Shown here piece by piece: positions 18,464 to 27,625 of a stretch of DNA of 62,479 bases (position 1 is the stretch's first letter; each line of letters starts with the position of its first letter). Made by a program: the position numbers and the translations under genes. The notes beneath the pieces are model-generated. The model saw only the letters and a program-made list of their open reading frames with translations, was not told the origin of the DNA and did no database searches. Location: assembly GCA_019058015.1 (NCBI GenBank), contig JAHLWH010000024.1, positions 1-62,479 of the forward strand, given 5' to 3'. The DNA comes from Promethearchaeota archaeon. Lineage in GTDB: Archaea > Asgardarchaeota > Lokiarchaeia > Sigyniarchaeales > SOKP01.

Positions 18464-18788
18464 AAAATTTTTATAAAATCCAGAGCTAGGCCAGCCTTTC
18501 ATCAATTAAATCCAAATATTTTAATTAATTGAATCATTAATTGGATTTTTTATAAATTTGAAAACCTTAACACTCTTCTGTAGTGGTTTCATTCATTTTT
18601 AAAAATTTTTCATCTTGAATTTGTCTTACTCGCGAATTTATCGATTTTAATACTTGTGGAATTAATGAGTTAGCTCTTTTTTTACCTTCTTTTAGATTTG
18701 ACAATAATTCTTCCTTGCTTAATCCACCAGATATAATAATAGGAATTTGTAGTAATTCTCCCTTATTCAATGTTCCAAAGTTCCATGC
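18464..18788. repeat. Direct repeat copy 2 (~325 bp), covering the 3' end and 3' UTR of the 18567-19298 gene
   Basis: Homologous to 16156-16478, with the identical 37-nt core at 18476-18512. Confidence 0.85.
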
Positions 18789-19298
18789 AAGTGCAGAAGT
18801 TTTTTCACCAGGTTTATCTTCAATAATATTATTTAATTGAATTGATTTTGCTCGCGATAACATTTTATTGGAATTTGACACTTCAAAACTACTAGGTTGT
18901 TTAACAGAACAGAAACCAGCATAAGTATTGGTATCATCATATTGGAAAATAATTCCTTCTTCTTCATCGAATACGCCTAAATCATTATCAAATCCATCTA
19001 ATCCATTGATATCAAAATCGAGAAACATATAGAAAGACACATCGTCCAATTTGAATGGAGCAATATTTTTAAACGTGAAAAATGCGATATTATAAGGTTG
19101 TTTGAATTGAAATACATCAATATATTTTCTAATATAGATGGATTTAGAAAGATCTAAATTATTCCTTAATCTATTTGTATCACGTATCTTCTTTTTTAAG
19201 TATTCATTGAGATCTAGATCTATAGTAACTCGATCAATTGACCCCCCCGTTTTTGTGTTTATTAACTTATAAATTGGAGTTGGCTCAACGTTTTTCAA
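18567..19298 (-). CDS. Hypothetical protein; the coding-like frame continues upstream to an in-frame TGA (19448-19446) and an ATG at 19562
   Basis: 243 aa from a TTG start. The 50 codons upstream of the TTG (DNQGYLFGFSIREISYKGRRLFYLGKEEFSGPWLRFKRSDLKGTEASVL) look coding but contain no start codon. Confidence 0.55.
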   Translation of the reverse strand: MKNVEPTPIYKLINTKTGGSIDRVTIDLDLNEYLKKKIRDTNRLRNNLDLSKSIYIRKYIDVFQFKQPYNIAFFTFKNIAPFKLDDVSFYMFLDFDINGLDGFDNDLGVFDEEEGIIFQYDDTNTYAGFCSVKQPSSFEVSNSNKMLSRAKSIQLNNIIEDKPGEKTSALAWNFGTLNKGELLQIPIIISGGLSKEELLSNLKEGKKRANSLIPQVLKSINSRVRQIQDEKFLKMNETTTEEC

Positions 19299-19576
19299 AA
19301 GTACTGAAGCCTCAGTTCCTTTAAGATCAGATCTTTTAAATCTTAACCAAGGACCTGAAAATTCTTCCTTCCCCAGATAAAATAACCGTCTCCCCTTATA
19401 TGAAATTTCTCTAATAGAAAACCCGAATAAATATCCCTGGTTATCTCAAGTTATGCAAATGTTGTTAAAAAGAACTTTCAGCACTCTCTTTAATCCACCT
19501 CCATTTTTTTTTAAATGATGTTTACATAAGTAATTAATTTTGAAAATATTAAAAATATTCATTTATTATAAAAAAA

Positions 19577-20539
19577 TTAAAAACGCTCCAGAATGCGATA
19601 AGCAATATAATTGAAAGCATCAGAAACATTTTCTCCAGTTCTTGCACTTGTTTCAATAAAATGAAAGCCATACTCTTCAGCTTTTCTTTTCATGTCTTCA
19701 CTCGTAACTTTAATATTTTCGATTAGATCTGATTTATTTCCAAGCAGAACTATAGGAATTTTTTCTATGTTAGGAATTGAGTTTTTCATATCTTTATACC
19801 ATTTATTTATACCATCCAAGGTTGACCTTCTTGTACGGTCAAGAACAATAAAAACTGTGTTAGTTCCATGATAGAATCTACTTCTATAGGGCGCCATCTG
19901 AGTAATTTGACCTCCAATATCCCAAATGATAAAATTTATTATACAATCTCCACTTAAATTTACTGATTTCTTCGATATATCAACACCAATAGTAGAGATA
20001 TAACTTTCTGAAAATTTATTTTCAACATATTGCCTGATCAAACTAGTTTTTCCAACTTGAAAATCACCAGTAACAATAAGTTTAGATGTAAATTCCCCTT
20101 TTGGTAAAGTCCCTTCTTTCATGTTAGCCATTACTCTTACAATTTCTGGAATTTCTGCTGAGATATTTTCCTCACCATTAAGTATCCTTTTAACCTTTTC
20201 AGCGATATGTAGCGAATATACTTTCAATTTAATGTCAGGAATATCCTTAAATGAAATACTGGTTAATATTACCTCGTTTCCAGCACCACAATATGCGAAT
20301 TTTTTATCTTCTGTTGATGTAATATTAAAAAATCCTGCTTGAGAGCCAAACTCCTTTTTAATTCTTTCAAAATAAGAATCAATTAAACCTGTTGTTGCAC
20401 CTATTACAGTATCATCTTCGTCTGCATTTTTCATCTCAGAAGCAATGATGAACCCATTTTGATCAACCACTGCAACGGCAATGAGATTAAGATCCGCTCG
20501 GTAATTTTTAAGTATTGTTTGTAATTTATTAATATCCAT
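19577..20539 (-). CDS. Roadblock/LC7 domain fused to a Rab/Ras-like small GTPase
   Basis: The N-terminal ~120 aa are Roadblock-like (LIAVAVVDQNGFIIASE...). The GTPase motifs are G1 GDFQVGKTS, switch I TIGVD, G3 WDIGGQ, G4 GNKSD and G5 ETSAR. Confidence 0.85.
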   Translation of the reverse strand: MDINKLQTILKNYRADLNLIAVAVVDQNGFIIASEMKNADEDDTVIGATTGLIDSYFERIKKEFGSQAGFFNITSTEDKKFAYCGAGNEVILTSISFKDIPDIKLKVYSLHIAEKVKRILNGEENISAEIPEIVRVMANMKEGTLPKGEFTSKLIVTGDFQVGKTSLIRQYVENKFSESYISTIGVDISKKSVNLSGDCIINFIIWDIGGQITQMAPYRSRFYHGTNTVFIVLDRTRRSTLDGINKWYKDMKNSIPNIEKIPIVLLGNKSDLIENIKVTSEDMKRKAEEYGFHFIETSARTGENVSDAFNYIAYRILERF

Positions 20540-21202
20540 ACTAAATTTCTTTATTTAAAGTATTTTTTTTAAAATCAAGAAAATAATAATTTTAGCCATT
20601 TTATTTATTTGTATTTTTTTTTTTAATAATTTTTTTCTATTGTTGTTATTATCTTATCAATAATAACACAATTATAATTCTAAAAATTTCAAATAAGTTA
20701 TGTTTTTGTAGAATTTTAGGTTTAGATTACGTTTATTAAAATGTTTATAATATATAGTGATTAATAGATTTATATTATTAAATTTGAACATTCTGTTTCT
20801 CTTTTTTTAAAAATATTGTATATTTTATAACATATTTTTGGATTTCTATCATTAATCTTTATAATATATTTGTTTTTTATAATAATTTAAAATTTCCTTC
20901 AAAATAATTAAAAAAGTAAAAATTCGAAACCATTTGTTAAAAAGAATGTACGATCTCAGTAATTTCCATAAAATTGTATAAGGAGTTCATTAATAATTAA
21001 GAAAAGTATATATATAATTACACAAAACTATTAAATAGAAGAATCTAAAATAATGAAAATATAAAAATTAAGTAAATGTAAAAGATATTTTATCAAAAAT
21101 AATAAAACTCTTTAATATTAAAAGAGATTTAAAAAAAATATGCAATAATTGTACTTGTGAATTTCCTAAATATTATTTAATTTAAAATTAATAGAATTAA
21201 GT

Positions 21203-21733
21203 TTGATGGGTATGTTAAAGGTAGATTTTGAATTTCGTAAAGAGATTGTAAAAGAAGATTTTTCCTTAAATTATTGTTATCAATGTGGAACATGCTCAAG
21301 TGCGTGTCCTGTTGCTTTAGCTACTGAAGGTGAATATAATCCTCGAAAAATTATCGAAGAATCATTATTAGGTCTGAAAGAATTATTAATAAAAGATCAA
21401 AAGCCAAATGTATGGTTATGTAGTACATGCCAAATGTGTGTAGAGGAATGTCCTCAAAACGTATTTTTAACAGAAATATTTGATATTCTAAAAAATAAAA
21501 TTGTTCAAACAGGAAATTATCCCGAAGCTTATAATATTCAAGGAAATGCAATTTTAGAGTATGGTTTAGCCATTCTTTTAACTACGCCTATAATTAGACG
21601 AAGAGAGCAACTAGGACTTCCGATTGTTGAATCTGCAAATATAGAAGAAATAAGAAAATTATTAGTAGCAACTGATTTTGAAAAAAAAATTAATACAAAT
21701 GGATATTCAAAAACTGGAAAAGGAGAAAAGTGA
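21203..21733 (+). CDS. hdrC: Heterodisulfide reductase subunit C-like (two 4Fe-4S motifs); the start is probably ATG 21206/21215
   Basis: The cluster motifs are CYQCGTCSSACP and CSTCQMCVEECP. The gene sits immediately upstream of an HdrB-like gene. Confidence 0.8.
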   Translation: MMGMLKVDFEFRKEIVKEDFSLNYCYQCGTCSSACPVALATEGEYNPRKIIEESLLGLKELLIKDQKPNVWLCSTCQMCVEECPQNVFLTEIFDILKNKIVQTGNYPEAYNIQGNAILEYGLAILLTTPIIRRREQLGLPIVESANIEEIRKLLVATDFEKKINTNGYSKTGKGEK

Positions 21734-21739
21734 AAGAAA

Positions 21740-22612
21740 ATGACATATAAATATTTTTTTGGATGTGTTATTCCAGGAAGACTTCCTTTTTTGGAGGCTT
21801 CTGCTCGAAAAACGTTTGAAAAACTTGGCATTGATGTATCTGACCAAACTCAATATTCATGTTGCCCTGATCCGACAGGAGTTGCTGCATTAGATCATAA
21901 AAGTTGGCTAGCCTTAGGAGCCAGGAACTTAAGTCTTTATGAGAATGATAATAGTGACGTATTGAGTCTCTGTTCTGGTTGTACCGAAACTCTTAAATCT
22001 GTTCAACACATTTTAAATAACGAACCCGAAGAAAAAGAAGAAATTAATTCTATTTTAAAAAAAATTGGCAAAAATTATCAAGGTAATATTAATGTAAAGC
22101 ATTTTGCTCAAGTATTATATGAAAATCTTGATGCAATCAAAGAAAATGTAGTTAAACCCTTGACAGACTTGAAAGTTGCATGTCACCCTGGTTGTCATTA
22201 TCTACGCCCATCTGAAATCATACAATGGGATGATCCATTTGAACCTATAACCTTGGATGTAATAGTTGAAGCACTTGGAGCCGAACCAGTAGATTATGAA
22301 TTAAAAAAAGATTGCTGTGGGAATCCACTTGAAAAAAGTGACAAGAATTTATCTTTAAAATTATTACAAAATAAGCTTGAAAGCATTAAAAATTCTGGTG
22401 CTGATTGCTTAGTTTGTGTTTGCCCGGCATGTTACCAACAATTTGATTTTAATCAAAGAGAAGTTAATAAAAGGTATAATACCGATTATAATTTTCCAGT
22501 TTTCTATGTAACTGAATTGGTTGCTCTTGCACTTGGTTTTAATGCTGATGAGCTCGGATTAAAATTCCACCGGATTAGAGTATCTGATATATTACAAAAA
22601 CTTAATGTATAA
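21740..22612 (+). CDS. hdrB: Heterodisulfide reductase subunit B-like (two CCG domains)
   Basis: The N-terminus is YFFGCVIPGRLPFLE. CCG-type motifs include CCPDP and DCCGNP, plus CPACYQQ. Confidence 0.8.
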   Translation: MTYKYFFGCVIPGRLPFLEASARKTFEKLGIDVSDQTQYSCCPDPTGVAALDHKSWLALGARNLSLYENDNSDVLSLCSGCTETLKSVQHILNNEPEEKEEINSILKKIGKNYQGNINVKHFAQVLYENLDAIKENVVKPLTDLKVACHPGCHYLRPSEIIQWDDPFEPITLDVIVEALGAEPVDYELKKDCCGNPLEKSDKNLSLKLLQNKLESIKNSGADCLVCVCPACYQQFDFNQREVNKRYNTDYNFPVFYVTELVALALGFNADELGLKFHRIRVSDILQKLNV

Positions 22613-22701
22613 AAAATGAAGTTCCCTTTGATCTTTTTTATAAAGAAAAGAGCAGAATAAAAAGGTGATTTATAAAATTAAAAAAAATGGGTTGATAATC
22701 T

Positions 22702-23829
22702 ATGGAAGATTTAAGATATAAGAATACATTGGTAAAAGATATAAAAACCTTTCAGAATCTTGAAGATGAAGTTATTACCACTAATAATTGCTGTGCTTGT
22801 GGAGCTTGTATTGCTTATTGTATTAGTCAAGGTTTTGATGTCATTAAAATGGAAGAATATACGCCGAAATTTATTTCAAATAAGAATGCCGATAATTGTA
22901 AAGAATGTGGAGTTTGTTATTATATATGCCCCCAGACAAAACCTTTATTAGAGCAAATAACCACTAAATATCAAATTGAAGATGAACTTGGATATATAAT
23001 AGATTATATTGCTGCAAAAACAACAAATGAAAAAATAAAGGAATTTGGACAAGATGGAGGGGTAGTATCAACAGCTTTAACTTATTTATTTGAAAGAAAT
23101 AAAATTGATGCCGCTATTGTTTCAGAAAAAGATGAATATTGGAATCCAATACCAAAAATCATTTACAATAAAGAAGATTTAAAAAAATCCGCTGGTACAA
23201 GATATAGTATTTCATCCAACATTATACCATTAAAAGATATATATAATATTGCTCAAGAGATAATTAAAGAAAAAAAACATATATATGATGTTAATCAATT
23301 ACGTATAGCATTTGTTGGAACCCCATGTCAGTGTAGAGCCATTAGAAAAATGCAATTTTTAAACATTAGTCCTTCCCATTTAATTAAATTCGTTATTGGC
23401 TTGTTTTGTATGGAAAATTTTGACCACGAAAAATTATTTGAAATTGTAAAAGATGAAACCAATCTCGAACCATTAAATATCTCAAAAATGAACATAAAAA
23501 AGAATTTTCTTATAACTTCTAAGGATAATGACGTAAAAGAAGTCGAACTTAAGAAATTTGATGATGCCGTAAGAAATCATTGTCATTTATGCGATGAATT
23601 TACGAGCAAATTTGCAGATTTTAGCGTCGGAGGATCTGGAGCTCCAAGAGGCCACTCCTCAATAATAATTAGGACAGAAATGGGTCAAGAAGTAATAGAT
23701 TCTTTAATCTCAGAGGGATATATTGAGAAATATTCTATTCCGGCCGACCAAAAAAGTTCTGAATGGAAAAATAAAAAACTCAATTTGTTCAAAAGAATGA
23801 ATATGAATAAAATTAATAAAAATAAATAA
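22702..23829 (+). CDS. FrhB-family protein (F420 hydrogenase/dehydrogenase beta-like) with N-terminal ferredoxin motifs
   Basis: CCACGACIAYC and CKECGVCYYICP are followed by GQDGGVVSTALTYLFERNKIDAAIV and GTPCQCRA, an FrhB-like core. Confidence 0.75.
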   Translation: MEDLRYKNTLVKDIKTFQNLEDEVITTNNCCACGACIAYCISQGFDVIKMEEYTPKFISNKNADNCKECGVCYYICPQTKPLLEQITTKYQIEDELGYIIDYIAAKTTNEKIKEFGQDGGVVSTALTYLFERNKIDAAIVSEKDEYWNPIPKIIYNKEDLKKSAGTRYSISSNIIPLKDIYNIAQEIIKEKKHIYDVNQLRIAFVGTPCQCRAIRKMQFLNISPSHLIKFVIGLFCMENFDHEKLFEIVKDETNLEPLNISKMNIKKNFLITSKDNDVKEVELKKFDDAVRNHCHLCDEFTSKFADFSVGGSGAPRGHSSIIIRTEMGQEVIDSLISEGYIEKYSIPADQKSSEWKNKKLNLFKRMNMNKINKNK

Positions 23830-23836
23830 AAGACAG

Positions 23837-25150
23837 GTGTATTATTTGGAAAGAAATTCAAGCAATGTTCTCATTATTGGAGCAGGAATTGCTGGTATTC
23901 AAGCAGCTTTGGATTTAGCTGATATGGGAGTTAAAGTACATTTAGTTGAAAAGAGACCTTGTATTGGAGGGAAAATGGCACAATTAGATAAAACTTTTCC
24001 TACTCTTGATTGTTCTATATGCATTTTAGCGCCGAAATTATCAGATTGTTATAGACATCCAAATATTACGCTCTATACCCTTTCAGAAGTTCAAAAAGTA
24101 GATGGATCTGAAGGAAACTTTTCGGTGGAAATTCTCAAACATCCACGTTATATTAAGGAAGATGTCTGTACAGGATGTGGAGACTGCGCGAAAATATGCC
24201 CAGTAAGGGGTATTTTAAATTATTTTGATGCAAATCTAGTTACTCTTGCTGCAGCGTACATTCCTTTTCCTTCAGCCGTCCCTCCAATTTATCTTATTGA
24301 TAGGAAAAGATGTGTATATTTGACACACGGGATTTGTGTGTTATGTACCAAAGCTTGCGATGCAGAAGCAATAGATTTTACACAAAAAGATACTATAATA
24401 AAATTAAATAATATTAGTTCTATAATTATCGCATCTGGATTTAATTTAATAGAAGATATTAATCCTCTAAAAGAATATGGTTATAAAAAATATCCTAATG
24501 TAGTTACTGCTTTAGAGTTTGAGAGATTAATATGCGCTTCAGGTCCTCAACAAGGACATTTAAGAAGATTGTCAGATGGTATTGACCCTAAAAAAATCGC
24601 TTACATTCAATGTGCCGGTTCAAGAAATATTAAAGATAAAAAATATTGTTCCTCTATTTGTTGTATGTATACTACAAAAGAGGCGATGATAACCTATGAA
24701 CATGATAATGAAGTAGAATCCTATGTTTTTTACATCGACATGAGAGCAGGGGGAAAGGGTTTTCAAAAATTTCTTGAAAGAGGAAAAGCTGAGTATAATA
24801 TAAATTATATAAATAACAAAATTGCCAAGATTAAAGTTGACGAGAATGAAAACCCAATAATAATTTATGAAGATTTAAACGATGGAAAAATAAAAGAACT
24901 AAAAGTAGATCTAGTGGTTTTAGCTACATGTATAATTCCTTCAGAAGGAAACAAAAAATTAGCAGACATATTGGGTGTCGATTTAGATGAATATAATTTC
25001 ATAAAAACCAAACCGTTCTTTTCAATGGAAACCAGTAAAAAAGGGATCTTCACTTGTGGTTGTTCCCATGAACCTATGGATATTCCACGCTCTGTTGCTG
25101 AAGCTAGTTCTGCGGCAGCAAGAGTTGCAGAAATTGCTAAAGGGAGGTAA
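23837..25150 (+). CDS. HdrA/QmoA-like FAD-dependent oxidoreductase with an inserted ferredoxin domain
   Basis: The dinucleotide fold is VLIIGAGIAGIQAALDL, followed by GGKMAQLDKTFPTLDCSIC, CTGCGDCAKICP and CAGSRN...CSSICCMY. It is colinear with residues 1-445 of the 1004-aa ORF. Confidence 0.8.
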   Translation: MYYLERNSSNVLIIGAGIAGIQAALDLADMGVKVHLVEKRPCIGGKMAQLDKTFPTLDCSICILAPKLSDCYRHPNITLYTLSEVQKVDGSEGNFSVEILKHPRYIKEDVCTGCGDCAKICPVRGILNYFDANLVTLAAAYIPFPSAVPPIYLIDRKRCVYLTHGICVLCTKACDAEAIDFTQKDTIIKLNNISSIIIASGFNLIEDINPLKEYGYKKYPNVVTALEFERLICASGPQQGHLRRLSDGIDPKKIAYIQCAGSRNIKDKKYCSSICCMYTTKEAMITYEHDNEVESYVFYIDMRAGGKGFQKFLERGKAEYNINYINNKIAKIKVDENENPIIIYEDLNDGKIKELKVDLVVLATCIIPSEGNKKLADILGVDLDEYNFIKTKPFFSMETSKKGIFTCGCSHEPMDIPRSVAEASSAAARVAEIAKGR

Positions 25151-25155
25151 AAAAA

Positions 25156-26856
25156 ATGTCAATAAACATGAAAAGTGAAGATGAACCAATCAGAATTGGA
25201 GTTTTTGTTTGTCATTGTGGTACAAACATTGGCGGTGTATTAGATTGTGAGGGATTAACTGAGTATGCTGCCACTTTGCCAAATGTGGTATTTAGCGATC
25301 ACAATTTATATACCTGCGCAGAAATTGGATTAAAAACTATAAAAGAAGCAATTGAAGAGCATAATTTAAATCGAGTCATTGTTTGTTCTTGTACTCCTAG
25401 AACTCACGAACCACTATTTCGAAGTGCCTGTGAGGAAGCAGGCCTAAATAAGTATCTCTTCAGTTTTGTAAATATAAGAGAACAATGCAGTTGGGTCCAT
25501 ATGAAGAAACCTGAGGATGCATTTGAAAAAGCCAAAGATTTAATTAAAATGGGAGTCGCCAGAGCGACAAAACTTGAAGCTCTTGAAACGATTGTGGTAG
25601 ATGTAGATCCTTCAGCTCTAGTTATTGGCGGTGGTATTTCGGGAATGAATGCAGCTAGTAATTTAAGTAAACAAGGTTTTAAAACCTATCTTGTAGAAAA
25701 AGAGAAAAACCTTGGAGGTCTTTTAAATTCTCTTTATAGACTCTTTCCAAATGACCAAGAATCTTCAGAATTATTAAAAGATATTGAAAGTAGAATTCAA
25801 GCGGACAAAAATATTACAGTCTATACTTCCACCATGATAACCAGTATTGATGGATTTGTTGGTAACTTTGAAGTTGAAATTAATCAAAATGGTAATTCAA
25901 TTAGAATAAAGGTTGGTGCCATTATAGTAGCAGTTGGAGCTACTCCTCTTAAACCGATTAATCTATTTGGATATGATGGGAAAATAAGGATAACTCAATT
26001 TGAATTAGAAAATGTTCTAAAAAATTATAGCTTAAATGCAAATAATATTGTAATGATTCAATGCGTAGGGACTCGTAACGAGGAGAGAATGTATTGTTCA
26101 AATTTTTGTTGTATGTCCGCATTAAAAAACGCACTAATTATTAAAGAAAAAAATCCAGATGTACATATTGCAATATTATTTAGAGATATGCATACACCAG
26201 GAATTGCTTACGAGGAATATTATCGAAGAGCAAGAGAAAGTGGCATTATCTTTATAAAATATTCGCCTGAAAAACCTCCAATTGTTGAGGAAAATAAGAT
26301 AAAAATATATAATGAATACTTAGGAACTGAAATTATAATCCCTTATGAGTTGCTTGTGTTATCCACTCCTTTAATTGCTAATGAAGATAATAAACAAATT
26401 GCTCAGTTATTAAAAGTACCATTAGAAGAAAATAATTTCTTTTTAGAGGCTCATGTCAAATTACGACCTAATGATTTTGCTACGGATGGAGTATATATAG
26501 CCGGTTCAGCAAAATGGCCAGTAGATATTACGGAAAGTATTTCTCAGGGTTATGCTGCTGCAGCAAGAGCCAGTACAATACTTTCTCACGACACCCTCGA
26601 AGTTGAAGGTGCAACTTCTTATTTACCTGAGGAATATAAAGATTTGTGTAGAGGATGTGAGATATGCTTAAAACTTTGTCCTTATAAAGCAATAAGAAAG
26701 AATGAAAAAGATGAAATAGAAATCATCCAAGTTCTCTGTAAAGGATGTGGAGTGTGTGGAGCTTCTTGTCCTAAAAAAGCTATTAAAATAAAACATTTCA
26801 CTAATGAACAGATTTTATCAGAAATTTATGCTTTAGGAGGAAAAGAATTGCCATGA
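25156..26856 (+). CDS. hdrA: Heterodisulfide reductase subunit A-like (N-terminal Cys domain, FAD domain and C-terminal 2x[4Fe-4S])
   Basis: Motifs are RIGVFVCHCGTNIGG, VIGGGISGMNAA, CVGTRN...CSNFCCM, CRGCEICLKLCP and CKGCGVCGASCP. An AAAGGGAGG RBS lies before the ATG. Confidence 0.85.
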   Translation: MSINMKSEDEPIRIGVFVCHCGTNIGGVLDCEGLTEYAATLPNVVFSDHNLYTCAEIGLKTIKEAIEEHNLNRVIVCSCTPRTHEPLFRSACEEAGLNKYLFSFVNIREQCSWVHMKKPEDAFEKAKDLIKMGVARATKLEALETIVVDVDPSALVIGGGISGMNAASNLSKQGFKTYLVEKEKNLGGLLNSLYRLFPNDQESSELLKDIESRIQADKNITVYTSTMITSIDGFVGNFEVEINQNGNSIRIKVGAIIVAVGATPLKPINLFGYDGKIRITQFELENVLKNYSLNANNIVMIQCVGTRNEERMYCSNFCCMSALKNALIIKEKNPDVHIAILFRDMHTPGIAYEEYYRRARESGIIFIKYSPEKPPIVEENKIKIYNEYLGTEIIIPYELLVLSTPLIANEDNKQIAQLLKVPLEENNFFLEAHVKLRPNDFATDGVYIAGSAKWPVDITESISQGYAAAARASTILSHDTLEVEGATSYLPEEYKDLCRGCEICLKLCPYKAIRKNEKDEIEIIQVLCKGCGVCGASCPKKAIKIKHFTNEQILSEIYALGGKELP

Positions 26857-27614
26857 ATTTCGAACCAAAAATTTTAGGATTTCTGTGTAATTGGTGCTCT
26901 TATGCGGGAGGGGATCTAGCGGGCGTAAGCAGAATCCAATATCCGCCAAATATTCGAGTTATTAGGGTAATGTGTAGTGGAAGGGTTGACCCAAAGTTTA
27001 TTTTATCAGGTCTTCAAGTTGGAATTGATGGAATTATAGTAATGGGGTGCCACCATGGTGATTGCCATTATCTCGAAGGGAATTATGAGGCAGAGGTGAA
27101 ATTTAAAATGGTTAAACTATTGCTAAGTCTTGTAGATTTGCAGGATAGAATCCATTTAGAATGGGTTTCCGCTTCGGAAGGTGTTAGATTTGGTGAAGTT
27201 GTTACAAGTTTTACTGAGTCAATTAAAAAACTTGGTCCATCTCCATTAAGTGGAGAAAATTTTGACCAACAGTTGCTTGAAAAACTTAAAGCAATAGAAT
27301 TAGCTGCAGGTGGTGAGAGACTTAGAGCGCTTGTAGCAAGCAAGAGAATAATTATGGAAGAAGGAAATATTTACGGAGAAAAGATCTCTCAAGAAGAGCT
27401 TGATGAAATCCTTATATCTGCAATAGAAGACGAATTTTTAAGACAACAAATACTATTGAAACTAAAAAATGAACCGCTTTCTGTAAAAGATTTGTCACAA
27501 TTACTAAACATTGATTCAAGCGTTATTCTAAAACATATCATTAGTTTAAAAGCAAGAAATTTAATAGATTATATCAAAATCGAGGGTATTACTCCATTTT
27601 ACCAAAAATTATAG
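26853..27614 (+). CDS. MvhD-like (methyl-viologen-reducing hydrogenase delta) domain fused to a C-terminal winged-helix (ArsR-like) domain
   Basis: The N-terminal ~135 aa carry FLCNWCSYAGGDLAG...VMCSGRVDP...GCHHGDCHY. The C-terminus is LLKLKNEPLSVKDLSQLLNIDSSVILKHIISLKARNLIDYIKIEG. There is an ATGA overlap with the upstream gene. Confidence 0.75.
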   Translation: MNFEPKILGFLCNWCSYAGGDLAGVSRIQYPPNIRVIRVMCSGRVDPKFILSGLQVGIDGIIVMGCHHGDCHYLEGNYEAEVKFKMVKLLLSLVDLQDRIHLEWVSASEGVRFGEVVTSFTESIKKLGPSPLSGENFDQQLLEKLKAIELAAGGERLRALVASKRIIMEEGNIYGEKISQEELDEILISAIEDEFLRQQILLKLKNEPLSVKDLSQLLNIDSSVILKHIISLKARNLIDYIKIEGITPFYQKL

Positions 27615-27625
27615 GAGGGAAAAGA

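Noticed and set aside
20540-21202. The AT-rich ORF-free region might be a replication origin.
   Set aside because: I could find no repeated ORB-like elements, and there is no adjacent orc1/cdc6 gene. The only ORC-like NTPase is 22 kb away and atypical.
25148-25158. The junction between the two HdrA-like ORFs might be a selenocysteine TGA or a frameshift, since HdrA is a selenoprotein in some methanogens.
   Set aside because: The stop is TAA and is followed by AAAGGGAGG-type RBS spacing and an ATG. All Cys positions that are Sec in methanococcal HdrA and VhuD are encoded as TGT/TGC in every copy here.
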